Positions 27,074 to 36,254 of a stretch of 64,000 nucleotides of DNA are shown one piece after another (within the stretch, counting starts at the first letter, position 1; each line of letters starts with the position of its first letter). The DNA comes from a virus. A model generated the notes under the pieces. The model saw only the letters and a list, made by a program, of their open reading frames with translations. It was not told where the DNA came from and searched no databases. The stretch lies in IMG/VR virus record IMGVR_UViG_3300023115_001620, positions 27,023 through 91,022 of that record; one strand, given 5' to 3'. A program made the position numbers and the translations under genes.

Positions 27074-27100
27074 ACAATTACTTATCGCACGGACTATTAT
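27062..27100 (-). promoter_or_regulatory. start-codon-occluding hairpin with late-like promoter in the loop
   Basis: mRNA AUAAUAGUCCGUGC-GAUAAGUAAUU-GUAUGGACUAUUAU: 14 bp stem (2 G.U) covering the dnaJ AUG. Confidence 0.65.
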
Positions 27101-27116
27101 GTACTATAAGTAGTGA

Positions 27117-27545
27117 TTACTTACCTTTAGCAGAATATGCATTAGCACCAAAGAATGCCATTACAATCGCTGCAACAGAAACAAAGTATGTCGCTGCCAT
27201 TGATCCTAGCACAGTTGCAGAATTATCAAGATTGAAATAACTTGCTGCAACAACTGCAAATGGATATAATAACATACCAAACAGAGCAAACCATGCCATA
27301 GAACGCTGTGCATCACGCATAGCATCTTGGTCCTCTAGTTCTTTACGTTTGAATTCTAAATGCATCTCCATTTCTTGTTTTGAAATATGACCGTCACCGT
27401 TCATATCTGCACTTGCTGGCAATGCACCGTTATCAATAGTCATTTTTCTTTCATATGATATTTCGGGAGCCGGAGCAGGGGCAGGTGCCGCTGCTGGTTC
27501 AGCTGCTGGGGTGCTTTCTAGTTCTTCTGGTTTTTTACGTGGCAT
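27117..27545 (-). CDS. EF-hand plus 2-TM membrane protein (holin candidate)
   Basis: Canonical loop DMNGDGHISKQE; two C-terminal hydrophobic helices; PA-rich linker. Confidence 0.65.
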   Translation of the reverse strand: MPRKKPEELESTPAAEPAAAPAPAPAPEISYERKMTIDNGALPASADMNGDGHISKQEMEMHLEFKRKELEDQDAMRDAQRSMAWFALFGMLLYPFAVVAASYFNLDNSATVLGSMAATYFVSVAAIVMAFFGANAYSAKGK

Positions 27546-27961
27546 TATTTTCCCTCCTTAATAAGTGTGTCGATCTTATGCCCATTTTGTTCAATTTTTC
27601 TTTCATTTACTTCTGGTGTTGCATCAAAGATAATCTTTTCAATCTTTAATCCTGGTATTCTTTCGTTAGGTACATAGCGCCATATATAGTCGCCATCAAA
27701 TTCACCACCTTTTTTGTGTATACCAAATACAGTTTCTGTATTACCTATTTTAACTATTAGTGCTCTTTCACCGTCTAGTATAACTTTGTCGCCTTCTTTG
27801 AATGCTGGATTCATTTTGAAAGCCATGCCCTTTGCTATTTTAGTTGCATAATCTTTAAACATTAGTGTTACAACTAATGCAACTAATGCTGCAATAAAAG
27901 GTGTTGCTAATTCTGCTAATTCAAGTCCTACGCCTCCTGCACTCATTATTTCATTTTCCAC
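27545..27961 (-). CDS. truncated MscS-like membrane protein
   Basis: TM helix then FKDYATKIAKGM...FKEGDKVILDG...YVPN, matching MscS TM3 and middle beta domain. Confidence 0.6.
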   Translation of the reverse strand: MENEIMSAGGVGLELAELATPFIAALVALVVTLMFKDYATKIAKGMAFKMNPAFKEGDKVILDGERALIVKIGNTETVFGIHKKGGEFDGDYIWRYVPNERIPGLKIEKIIFDATPEVNERKIEQNGHKIDTLIKEGK

Positions 27962-28313
27962 GTTTCTTCTCCAATGCTTTTAGTCTAGCATCTAGCTCAG
28001 GCCAAACTTCAAATTCATATAATTCTTTTGGAGGGTGACTATTAGTCTCTAGTTCACGTATACGTGCTTCTAGATCATCAATTTTTTTAGTTACTTTTGG
28101 ATATCTTTTGCGCCATGCCTCTGGATCGTCTTGAAGGAAGTCCCAACCAAAACGATCTACTAGACTATCTAGTAGTGCATCAAATTTAGACATTAAGTAT
28201 AATGCTGCGTGTGTGTTTCTAAACCACGCTAAAAATGCTGCGCCCAACAGCGATCCAGCTATTGCTGTGTAAATCCACAGCGTATCGCCGAACATACGAC
28301 TAATCATTTCCAT
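27951..28313 (-). CDS. single-TM membrane protein with coiled coil
   Basis: N-terminal hydrophobic helix; SD GGAGG and late-like ATAAATA upstream. Confidence 0.7.
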   Translation of the reverse strand: MEMISRMFGDTLWIYTAIAGSLLGAAFLAWFRNTHAALYLMSKFDALLDSLVDRFGWDFLQDDPEAWRKRYPKVTKKIDDLEARIRELETNSHPPKELYEFEVWPELDARLKALEKKRGK

Positions 28314-28341
28314 TAGCTACCCTCCGCTAATGTATTTATTC

Positions 28342-29862
28342 CTATTTTTGTAAAACTTCGTTACCTATTACAACTCTGTCTATAGCAGTTTTGTGGAATA
28401 TTTCCCATGCGTTACTTTTATATCCTGCAATGGGTTTTGTATTGACATTTAAACTTGTGTTTAACAGCATAGGTATTCCTGTTAGCTTTCTAAATTCTTC
28501 TATAAGTTCAGCATACAGTAAATTTTCATTACCTACAGTTTGTATACGACAAGTACCGTCTATGTGTGTAATTGGTTTAAATTTTTGTTTATCTCTAACT
28601 TTTTGAACATAAAGCATGTAAGGACTAGGTTCATCCCATTCAAAATATTCATTTGTATAATCAAGCAATATTGATGCACCGAAAGGTCTATATGGTTCTC
28701 TAAATTTAACTTTGTTATTAATTATATCTTTTCCGTCTTTAACACTAGGGTTCATTAAAACTGATCTATTTCCTAGTGCCCTTGGACCTATTTCACCTTT
28801 GCCTTGATACCAGCCTACAATTTCTCCTCTAGCAAGTCTTTCTGCTGTTTCTTTAATAGTTTTAGAACTTGCAACCGTGTTAGGTTCTTGATCATCTTGC
28901 CAAAATGGGAATCCGTCAGTATCAAAAGGTTCAGCATCGTATATTTGTCTTAATACTTCTATACATCCTAAACTTAATCCATCGTCTGGAGAATGCGGAG
29001 GTATATGAATATTAGGAATAACTTCTTTAATTTTAGTATTAATAACTGTATTTTGTGCGATTCCGCCTGAATATGTAATTATTTCGTCCGGATTACAAAA
29101 TTTTAAAAAATAGTTAGGATAAATTTTTTCTAAATGATCATGTATTGTACGCAACCAGTCTACCCATTTGCTTTCTTCTAAATTATTAGTACCTTTGTAA
29201 GCATACCATTTTTGTATGTTTAGAAGTTCTGCAACATCGTACATACCACAATGAGAAATTTGTTTATAAAACTCAACATCAAAATTTCCGTAGGATTTTA
29301 GCCCCATTAATTTGCCTGCATGATCTAGCAAATAACCCTTCATACCTACATGCGAACCTATAGTACCAAAGTAGCGACCAATACTTTCTGCTTCAGACAA
29401 CTTGGCATAATGAAATACTTTTTTGTTTTTATAAATTGTATGCGAACGTTCATCATCACCAAAACCGTCAAAAACAAAGTCTGTTGTAGACTCAATACCC
29501 ATAGGCCAGCAACTCATTACATGTGCATAATGATGATCTATTCTATAAATTGGACATTTAACATGATCCCAGTGAGGGTAAGAATGGTTAAGTAATTCAT
29601 ACGGAGCATCGTAATCATTTACTGATATACAATCATAGTTTTTATCGTCAACGACAATTCCTATTGCATCTATATCAGCAACATCAATATTCCATTCTTC
29701 TAAAACAAACAACCAATCATAAAGATTAGCAAAAGAATGATGTTTAATTTGTGTGTTTCGTTCTGTCTTTCTATATTTGACAGTAGTGCCTATAGACAAA
29801 GATATGTTTGTGTCATGTTCACACAATCTAAGCCCTAGGAAAACGGACTTATTATTAATCAT
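28342..29862 (-). CDS. carbamoyltransferase (NodU/CmcH/TobZ family)
   Basis: HD, HHYAH, DGFGD, AGKLMGL, GPRALGNRS, RPFG, HIDGTCRIQTV, LLNTSLN. Confidence 0.92.
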   Translation of the reverse strand: MINNKSVFLGLRLCEHDTNISLSIGTTVKYRKTERNTQIKHHSFANLYDWLFVLEEWNIDVADIDAIGIVVDDKNYDCISVNDYDAPYELLNHSYPHWDHVKCPIYRIDHHYAHVMSCWPMGIESTTDFVFDGFGDDERSHTIYKNKKVFHYAKLSEAESIGRYFGTIGSHVGMKGYLLDHAGKLMGLKSYGNFDVEFYKQISHCGMYDVAELLNIQKWYAYKGTNNLEESKWVDWLRTIHDHLEKIYPNYFLKFCNPDEIITYSGGIAQNTVINTKIKEVIPNIHIPPHSPDDGLSLGCIEVLRQIYDAEPFDTDGFPFWQDDQEPNTVASSKTIKETAERLARGEIVGWYQGKGEIGPRALGNRSVLMNPSVKDGKDIINNKVKFREPYRPFGASILLDYTNEYFEWDEPSPYMLYVQKVRDKQKFKPITHIDGTCRIQTVGNENLLYAELIEEFRKLTGIPMLLNTSLNVNTKPIAGYKSNAWEIFHKTAIDRVVIGNEVLQK

Positions 29863-30337
29863 TGAATGGGTTTAAGTCTATACCTTTATTAAGTTGAGCT
29901 TCTCTTGCAGCATCTTCTTCTTCTTCAGCTTGACGCTGTGCTTCTGCTTCATCAAGAGCTTTGTTTGCTGCTTTGTAATAGTTTTCATATGCAACAATAA
30001 TCTGTTGTTGTTGCTGTACTAACGCACGAATGTCTGAAAAGTTTAATCCTAAAGCTCCATAACCGTCACCGGTTAGTGCATAGAAGGCAAATGCCTTGCC
30101 TTCGCTTTCAATACGAGCTTTTACTTCTTCGATATTATTTTCGTTAATAACAATCCACTCAATACGGCGCATGTTGACTTCGTCAACTGGCGGTAGCACC
30201 AATTCCGGTTTATCAATCGGTTTGCTGGTTATTTGTATTACTTGTGGGGTCGTTGAGCATGCCGCGAGACTTATAAGTATCATAAAGCCAAGGGCACTCT
30301 TTGTTAAAAGACCTTGCATTTTCTGCATTTTTCTCAT
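29855..30337 (-). CDS. o-spanin-like lipoprotein (Rz1-like)
   Basis: Lipobox LAAC after a hydrophobic stretch, Pro-rich segment, overlaps the i-spanin 3' end. Confidence 0.7.
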   Translation of the reverse strand: MRKMQKMQGLLTKSALGFMILISLAACSTTPQVIQITSKPIDKPELVLPPVDEVNMRRIEWIVINENNIEEVKARIESEGKAFAFYALTGDGYGALGLNFSDIRALVQQQQQIIVAYENYYKAANKALDEAEAQRQAEEEEDAAREAQLNKGIDLNPFND

Positions 30338-30716
30338 CCTCTGTTAGTTCAGCACCACTTAATAATTCAAAGCATCTGCCTGCATTTATACTACCTCTAT
30401 TTACCGCTCTTTCAATTGCTGCTGGGTTAGCTATGGCTGCTGCGGTCATATCAATATCTGCTAGTTTATTTGCTAGTTCTTGATTTTGTCTACGAATATT
30501 AGCAAACTCAGTGTTTACTTTTTTTAATTCTTCATTAGCGGCAGCAAAATCCGCCGCCATTGCCTTGATTGTTTCTTCGTTTGTGGCAACTGCCAGTTCA
30601 AGTTTAGCATTGTTTTCAGTTAGTACAGCAATAGTCCGTTGTGTATCAGTGTAATACCAATATCCTATACCACCCATAGTCATTATAACAATTAAAAGCA
30701 TTCCTGACAGTTTCAT
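30213..30716 (-). CDS. i-spanin-like protein (Rz-like)
   Basis: N-terminal TM, long coiled coil, C-terminal Cys pair; directly after the endolysin. Confidence 0.7.
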   Translation of the reverse strand: MKLSGMLLIVIMTMGGIGYWYYTDTQRTIAVLTENNAKLELAVATNEETIKAMAADFAAANEELKKVNTEFANIRRQNQELANKLADIDMTAAAIANPAAIERAVNRGSINAGRCFELLSGAELTEDEKNAENARSFNKECPWLYDTYKSRGMLNDPTSNTNNQQTD

Positions 30717-30719
30717 AAT

Positions 30720-31568
30720 TTAACCCTCAAACATTAATTTAAGACTTGCAGGACCCATAATACCGTCTGCTGTTAGACCGTTTTCTTCCTGCCAAGCTTT
30801 TACGTGTGCTTCTGTGCCTCTACCAAAGACTCCATCTGCACCAATTTCTAATTCTTCTTGCACTGCACGTACTGTTGGTCCTTTTGATCCTAAACGCACT
30901 GTTTCGTACACAATAGCAGCTGGTTCCCAGTCGCCGCCTAGCACTTCCATAGCGTGTTTGTAATGCTTTTCACGATCTTCTAAACCAATGTAACCACCGT
31001 TGATACGTTTTGTAGCACCTTTGATGTCCATTGCATCTGCATACTTATTTAGACCATTTGTATCCCAGAACCAGCAAGCACTATCTAGTGCGCCTTTTTT
31101 GGTGCGCACATATTCTACTGCTTCTTCGGGTGACATGTCAACTTCTTCGCCAAACTTCGTATAGTTGTAACGACCTGTAAGTTGTAGAATGCCGCCGCCT
31201 CTAAATGTCCAGCCGTCGCCTGAATCAATATCGCCATTGTCCATTCTGTTTGCATAAATTACATTTGCAATCTTGCGTGGTTGTCTGTGATATTCTTGAG
31301 CATCTCTACCTGCCCTTTCAAAATATTTTGGAAATATTGCGTTAAGTGCTTTTGCACTATAATTTAAATTTTCACTTAGTACTTTAAAATTGTTTGATTC
31401 ATGTCCACACTGTGCAATAAACATCGCTACACGCTCTGCAGAGTCAACCTCCCAAAGAGGAAGTATTTCACACATTGCATCGTACCAATCTTCTGCTTCT
31501 TCGTTTCCGCGAAGCAATTCTATCACCATTTCTTCGGTGAATTCAAAGCCAAAATCTTCTGCTGCCAT
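30720..31568 (-). CDS. endolysin: GH19 domain plus C-terminal peptidoglycan-binding domain
   Basis: FIAQCGHES, ENLNYS, RGGGILQLTGRYNY, TKRINGG; ADGVFGRGT...WQ...LTADGIMGP. Confidence 0.92.
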   Translation of the reverse strand: MAAEDFGFEFTEEMVIELLRGNEEAEDWYDAMCEILPLWEVDSAERVAMFIAQCGHESNNFKVLSENLNYSAKALNAIFPKYFERAGRDAQEYHRQPRKIANVIYANRMDNGDIDSGDGWTFRGGGILQLTGRYNYTKFGEEVDMSPEEAVEYVRTKKGALDSACWFWDTNGLNKYADAMDIKGATKRINGGYIGLEDREKHYKHAMEVLGGDWEPAAIVYETVRLGSKGPTVRAVQEELEIGADGVFGRGTEAHVKAWQEENGLTADGIMGPASLKLMFEG

Positions 31569-31579
31569 TTTTTTATCCT

Positions 31580-32299
31580 TTATACTACAATCCTTTCAAG
31601 AACAAGAGTGTGCCCCTCATTTTCGAAAGTTAACTTACGCCCATATTTAGTAATATTGTAGTCGCCTATATACTTTGTAAGAAAAATAATTTCTGCAAAG
31701 TCGTCAGCGTTAAAAGATTCTGTAATAGAATCCAGTGTTTCTTGTGTCGGCCCTATATCTTTAAATTCAAATGCTATTGGATCTGCATATGCTTTTTTAA
31801 TAACAAGCATATTGTCTTCCATATACACTTCTTCTACAAAACTTTTATCAAAAAAGTTTTTGTAATTTTGTAATCTTGTTTCTTGTATTGCAACGTCATA
31901 ATCGTCTGCGGTTGTTGGCAGAAATTCTTGTAAATTTTCTTGTGAAAAACTTTGGCTCTTAAAGTTTTTGTAATATCTGAATCTCATATCATTAGTGTCA
32001 GCAAGTTTTGATACACCATCTATCAATTCCATTATATTGTCTGACGCATCATCAGTTCTTTCAATTTCTACAAAAACTTTGTAAGTACCGTCGCTAGTTT
32101 CTCCCGAAGTAGCGTCAGCATCTAAAACAAATGAATAACCTCTTTCAAAAAAGTTACTCATGTCAGTTGCCGATTCGCCTGTTTTTGTACTAAATGCTAT
32201 TGTGATAATATCAGAGTCGGAGCCCATCTTACTTTTATATGAATCTATTTCTACAACCTTATCGACAAGGTGTTGTAAATCTCCTGTACGCAAAGTCAT
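31580..32299 (-). CDS. phage hypothetical protein
   Basis: 239 aa ORF in a late operon. Confidence 0.75.
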   Translation of the reverse strand: MTLRTGDLQHLVDKVVEIDSYKSKMGSDSDIITIAFSTKTGESATDMSNFFERGYSFVLDADATSGETSDGTYKVFVEIERTDDASDNIMELIDGVSKLADTNDMRFRYYKNFKSQSFSQENLQEFLPTTADDYDVAIQETRLQNYKNFFDKSFVEEVYMEDNMLVIKKAYADPIAFEFKDIGPTQETLDSITESFNADDFAEIIFLTKYIGDYNITKYGRKLTFENEGHTLVLERIVV

Positions 32300-32823
32300 T
32301 ATTCAGCTCCCTCTGGTGCTTCTGCAGCCAGTTCGTCTGCTTGCTGCGCTTCTGGTGCAGGTGCCATTGTATCAGCAGTTGCAGACATGTCGTCTAAATA
32401 ACCTGTATATATGTCAGCAATTAGTTTCTTTGGCATCATTATTTCAACTACCCATATAGGATGTCTGTCTAGTTTACCTTTTTTAGTACCTGGGCGAATA
32501 TCATCTGGCGATTCAATTTTACGTGGTAATATTAAAGACGTCTTTTTGTATTTTACTTTACAGTCATAATCTATAAGACGCTTTCCGCCCATTGGATCTG
32601 GCATTTTATCTTCAGGCCAATAAAAGCTGCATGTTACCCAATGCCGTCCAATGTTTGGTCCTTCTGCTAGTTCTCCATCTTCCCAATTTTTATACACATA
32701 AAGGTCTAAATGGTCAAGCACTCTCTCAAAATCTTTTAACACTTTGAAAGCTGTATTAGAATCATAGATTGATTCTATGTTTTTGATTATGTCTAATGAA
32801 TCATGCATATTGAAACCTATCAC
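32299..32823 (-). CDS. phage hypothetical protein
   Basis: 174 aa ORF; late-like GATAAATA upstream (TAAATA at 32831-32836). Confidence 0.75.
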   Translation of the reverse strand: MIGFNMHDSLDIIKNIESIYDSNTAFKVLKDFERVLDHLDLYVYKNWEDGELAEGPNIGRHWVTCSFYWPEDKMPDPMGGKRLIDYDCKVKYKKTSLILPRKIESPDDIRPGTKKGKLDRHPIWVVEIMMPKKLIADIYTGYLDDMSATADTMAPAPEAQQADELAAEAPEGAE

Positions 32824-32902
32824 TTTATATTATTTATCTGAAAAGACTACTTATGATTTTTTTGTAAAGAGAAAACAAAGTGTTTTTTATAGTATTCAAA
32901 CT

Positions 32903-32910
32903 TATAAATA
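32903..32910 (+). promoter_or_regulatory. T4-type late promoter TATAAATA for phoH
   Basis: Exact T4 late consensus in the divergent intergenic region. Confidence 0.6.
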
Positions 32911-32973
32911 CATTTGTAGAGCAAGTGTGTTCTACACACTGCGTTCTACTCCACATCCAAAGGAGGACACTTA

Positions 32974-33696
32974 ATGGGTGCAAAGAGAAAGGCTGCCCGG
33001 CAGTCAAAAAATAACTATAGTAATGTAGTTAACGTCAACTTTACAACACAAAAACAACAACAAGTAAAAATACTTCCAAGAAATAGAAATCAAGAACAAT
33101 ATGTACTTCAATTGTTAGACGAAACCAAAGACATAGTATTTGGAATCGGTCCTGCAGGTACGGGTAAAACACTACTTGCAGTACAGGTCGCAGTTAAACT
33201 ATTCAAGGAAGGGCAAATTGATAAGATCATTGTTACAAGACCTGCTGTTAGCGTAGATGAAGACTTAGGCTTCTTACCAGGAACACTAGAACAAAAAATG
33301 GCTCCATGGACTAGACCTATATTTGACGTACTAAGAGAATATTTCAATGCAAGAGAAATAGAAGGCATGATCGAAGAGGGTATAATTGAAATAGCGCCAC
33401 TAGCATATATGAGAGGTAGAACTTTTAAAAACAGTTTTATACTTGCTGATGAAATGCAGAACGCTACTCAAAATCAAATGAAAATGCTACTTACACGTCT
33501 AGGCGAAGGCTCTATGATGGCTGTAACAGGCGATCTAGCTCAAGCAGATAGACTAAAGGATAATGGTCTAATAGACTTTACAGACCGTCTTGCAGAAGCA
33601 AATTTATCTCATATAGATATTGTAAACTTTGGACAAGGAGATATAGAAAGACACGAAGCTGTAAAAGAAGTTCTCAAGATTTATGGTGATGAATAA
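32974..33696 (+). CDS. phoH: PhoH-family ATPase
   Basis: GPAGTGKT, LGFLPG, YMRGRT, DEMQN, TRLGE, GDLAQ; SD AGGAGG. Confidence 0.95.
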   Translation: MGAKRKAARQSKNNYSNVVNVNFTTQKQQQVKILPRNRNQEQYVLQLLDETKDIVFGIGPAGTGKTLLAVQVAVKLFKEGQIDKIIVTRPAVSVDEDLGFLPGTLEQKMAPWTRPIFDVLREYFNAREIEGMIEEGIIEIAPLAYMRGRTFKNSFILADEMQNATQNQMKMLLTRLGEGSMMAVTGDLAQADRLKDNGLIDFTDRLAEANLSHIDIVNFGQGDIERHEAVKEVLKIYGDE

Positions 33697-34114
33697 CTGT
33701 AATATTTGACTTCTCTAAAAATTTAATTCCCTGTGTACTACGATATTCATTTTTGTAGTACACAGTTGATATACCACTTTGATAAATGAGCTTGGAACAC
33801 TCTATGCAAGGTGAGTGTGTGATAAAAATAGTTGCCCCTTCACCGCTTTCAGAAGATCTGGCAAGTTTAGCAATCGCATTTGATTCTGCGTGAAGCACTT
33901 CCTTTTTGCTTTTGGTAATAGTATTACCCCATTCGTCTTCACCGTACCATTCCTCACAGCAGTTATCCCAGCCACTGGGCATACCATTGTAGCCAATGGA
34001 GATAATACGATCATCTTTTACAACAATCGCTCCTACTTGTAGACGTTTGGCACTACTTAGTTGTGCAAAACGTTCAGCAACGTCCATATATGCATTTATA
34101 AACTTACTTTTCAT
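33674..34114 (-). CDS. dCMP deaminase
   Basis: GYNG, HAE, PCIEC. Confidence 0.92.
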   Translation of the reverse strand: MKSKFINAYMDVAERFAQLSSAKRLQVGAIVVKDDRIISIGYNGMPSGWDNCCEEWYGEDEWGNTITKSKKEVLHAESNAIAKLARSSESGEGATIFITHSPCIECSKLIYQSGISTVYYKNEYRSTQGIKFLEKSNITVIHHHKS

Positions 34115-34340
34115 TATTTTCTTTCTTTAGCAAGTACAACAAATATTCGTTTTGCGTATAATTTAAAGTCCAACTACGTCCTTGTATTGGAGGTCTGCCA
34201 GTTTCGTCAAAATATATGTGTAATTCTATATATTTTTTTAACCATATACGTTTTTTACTAAAACTACTTTTGACAGGCAACCAAGCAAATTTTTCTTTAG
34301 GCTCCTCTACTCTATCAAAGAATGCACTTATATGCTTCAT
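34104..34340 (-). CDS. hypothetical protein
   Basis: 78 aa ORF, FAWLPV motif, coupled. Confidence 0.65.
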   Translation of the reverse strand: MKHISAFFDRVEEPKEKFAWLPVKSSFSKKRIWLKKYIELHIYFDETGRPPIQGRSWTLNYTQNEYLLYLLKKENNEK

Positions 34341-34558
34341 CCTATTCCTAATAATCTAAGTATAATAGGCAAACCAAATATAAAAAATAATAAAAGATAA
34401 AAATTAAATTTTAAGCGTGTAAGTTCTCGCTCTAGTTTTAAAATTTTAAATGCTGCACCTTCAACATAGCGTTCCCAGTCATCCATTTGCATTGTTTTAC
34501 GAGCAACTTCTTTTGCTTCTCGTTGTAATTCGTAGTTTTCTTCGTCGTTATTAAACAT
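34337..34558 (-). CDS. small C-terminally anchored membrane protein
   Basis: 73 aa ORF with hydrophobic C-terminus. Confidence 0.6.
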   Translation of the reverse strand: MFNNDEENYELQREAKEVARKTMQMDDWERYVEGAAFKILKLERELTRLKFNFYLLLFFIFGLPIILRLLGIG

Positions 34559-34559
34559 G

Positions 34560-35444
34560 TTATACCGCCATTGGTGCTTTAATACTATCCATTGGAGTAT
34601 AATTTATAAGTTTATACTGATCTGGAGTAGTTTTTACAAGTTCATCTAAATCTGTAAATGCAGGCATTATCAAACTAGGTCCGCTTTGAGGAGTTCTTGT
34701 AATTTGTTCCTTAACTTGTTCCATATGATTTTGATAGATGTGACAATCGCCACCAGTCCATACAAAATCACCTACTTTTAAATTAAGCAACTGTGCAAAC
34801 ATATGCGTCAATAAACTGTAACTTGCAATGTTAAATGGAACACCTAAGAACATATCTGCTGAACGTTGATATAATTGACAACTTAGTTCACCGTCTTGTA
34901 TATGAAACTGGAATAGTGTGTGACAAGGCGGAAGTGCCATGACATTTACTCTATCAGCATTCCACGCACTTACAATGTGACGTCTACTATCTGGGTCATA
35001 ATACATATTTTCAAGCACTTCTGCAATTTGGTCGACAAACCCTAGTTGTGCATCCCACTTACGCCATTGGTGTCCATATACAGGGCCTAGGTCTTTAGTT
35101 GTATCGTCGTTGATATACCCCAAATCTTTACCTTGTGCATCTGCATTAGCAGTCCAAATGGTTGTTTTGCCTACAAGTTCTTCTCTCGGCTTGCCATAGT
35201 GTATTTCAGCAAGTCTACGCTCGTCACTAGATCCTTCTAGCATCCAAAGTAGCTCGCTTACTACACTCTTCCATGCAAGCTTCTTTGTTGTTACAGCAGG
35301 GAATTCATTCCGCAAATCAAAACGCATTTGATAGCCAAAAACACCTCGTGTGCCTACACCTGTTCTATCACTGCGATCATTACCGTTTTCTATTATATAT
35401 TTTAGTGCATCAAGATACTGTTTCACGTTTACTCCAAATTTCAA
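34560..35444 (-). CDS. thyA: thymidylate synthase
   Basis: DRTGVGT, ALPPCH, YQRSADMFLGVPFN, HIY; start probably GTG at 35426. Confidence 0.97.
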   Translation of the reverse strand: MKFGVNVKQYLDALKYIIENGNDRSDRTGVGTRGVFGYQMRFDLRNEFPAVTTKKLAWKSVVSELLWMLEGSSDERRLAEIHYGKPREELVGKTTIWTANADAQGKDLGYINDDTTKDLGPVYGHQWRKWDAQLGFVDQIAEVLENMYYDPDSRRHIVSAWNADRVNVMALPPCHTLFQFHIQDGELSCQLYQRSADMFLGVPFNIASYSLLTHMFAQLLNLKVGDFVWTGGDCHIYQNHMEQVKEQITRTPQSGPSLIMPAFTDLDELVKTTPDQYKLINYTPMDSIKAPMAV

Positions 35445-35907
35445 ATGTCACGCCATCCTTTTCTTCACACCAAGATCTTTCAAATAATGTTTCGATCTTT
35501 TTTAATGGTAGATGCGTGTCGCATTCATATTCTCCTGGAATACGACTTAAATAAAATTCGTCAATTACTCCTAGTGTTTGTTCAATAATGTTTGGACCAC
35601 CAATGATCCAGGTAATTAAACCAGGTGATTCTATTTCTAAACTGCGTACACCTGCACATAGATCGCCATTAATATAACCATGTGCTCCAGGATAATCAGT
35701 TTCTTTGCTAGTTGCTAGTACATTTACACGTTTAGGCAAAGGTCGAGGCATGTGAGGATCTTTCCAAGTGGTAGATCCCATTACAACAATATGTCCTGCT
35801 GTGTTGTCTTTAAACCATTTTAAGTCTGTGCTATTGTGTGGCCATGGTAGTGTACCATCTTTACTTACTCCACCTTTATCATCACACGCTAAAATTGCAC
35901 GTATCAT
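35410..35907 (-). CDS. folA: dihydrofolate reductase
   Basis: LPWP...DLKWFK, VVMGSTTW, RPLPKRVN, IIGG, CDT. Confidence 0.93.
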   Translation of the reverse strand: MIRAILACDDKGGVSKDGTLPWPHNSTDLKWFKDNTAGHIVVMGSTTWKDPHMPRPLPKRVNVLATSKETDYPGAHGYINGDLCAGVRSLEIESPGLITWIIGGPNIIEQTLGVIDEFYLSRIPGEYECDTHLPLKKIETLFERSWCEEKDGVTFEIWSKRETVS

Positions 35908-36254
35908 TAAACATCTCCTTCCCCTGCTGCTGGACTTAGAAGTTCTAATTTGTTAGGCACATCTTCCCAATCAACTGCATCGGGTAATGAGCCTTTTGAT
36001 TGTGTAATTACAGGCCAAATATTTGCATAGCGGTCGTTTATTTCAATCCATTTTATTCGTTCTGGTTCTGACAAGTCACTGTCTGCAACAATAGCATCAA
36101 TAGGACATTCTGGAACACAAACTCCGCAATCTATACATTCGTTAGGATTGATTACTAAAAAGTTTTCACCTTCATAAAAACAGTCTACAGGACATACTTC
36201 TACGCAATCAGTATGTTTACACTTAATACAATTTTCTGTAACTAGATATGTCAT
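35907..36254 (-). CDS. fdxA: 7Fe/8Fe dicluster ferredoxin
   Basis: [18 protein letters not shown] and [12 protein letters not shown]. Confidence 0.93.
   Translation of the reverse strand: MTYLVTENCIKCKHTDCVEVCPVDCFYEGENFLVINPNECIDCGVCVPECPIDAIVADSDLSEPERIKWIEINDRYANIWPVITQSKGSLPDAVDWEDVPNKLELLSPAAGEGDV

Noticed and set aside
28342-35444. Carbamoyltransferase plus thymidylate synthase as a carbamoyl-hydroxymethylcytosine pathway
   Set aside because: The synthase keeps the dUMP-specific Asn (GVPFN), sits with DHFR, and is not adjacent to the carbamoyltransferase. No dCMP hydroxymethylase is in the window.
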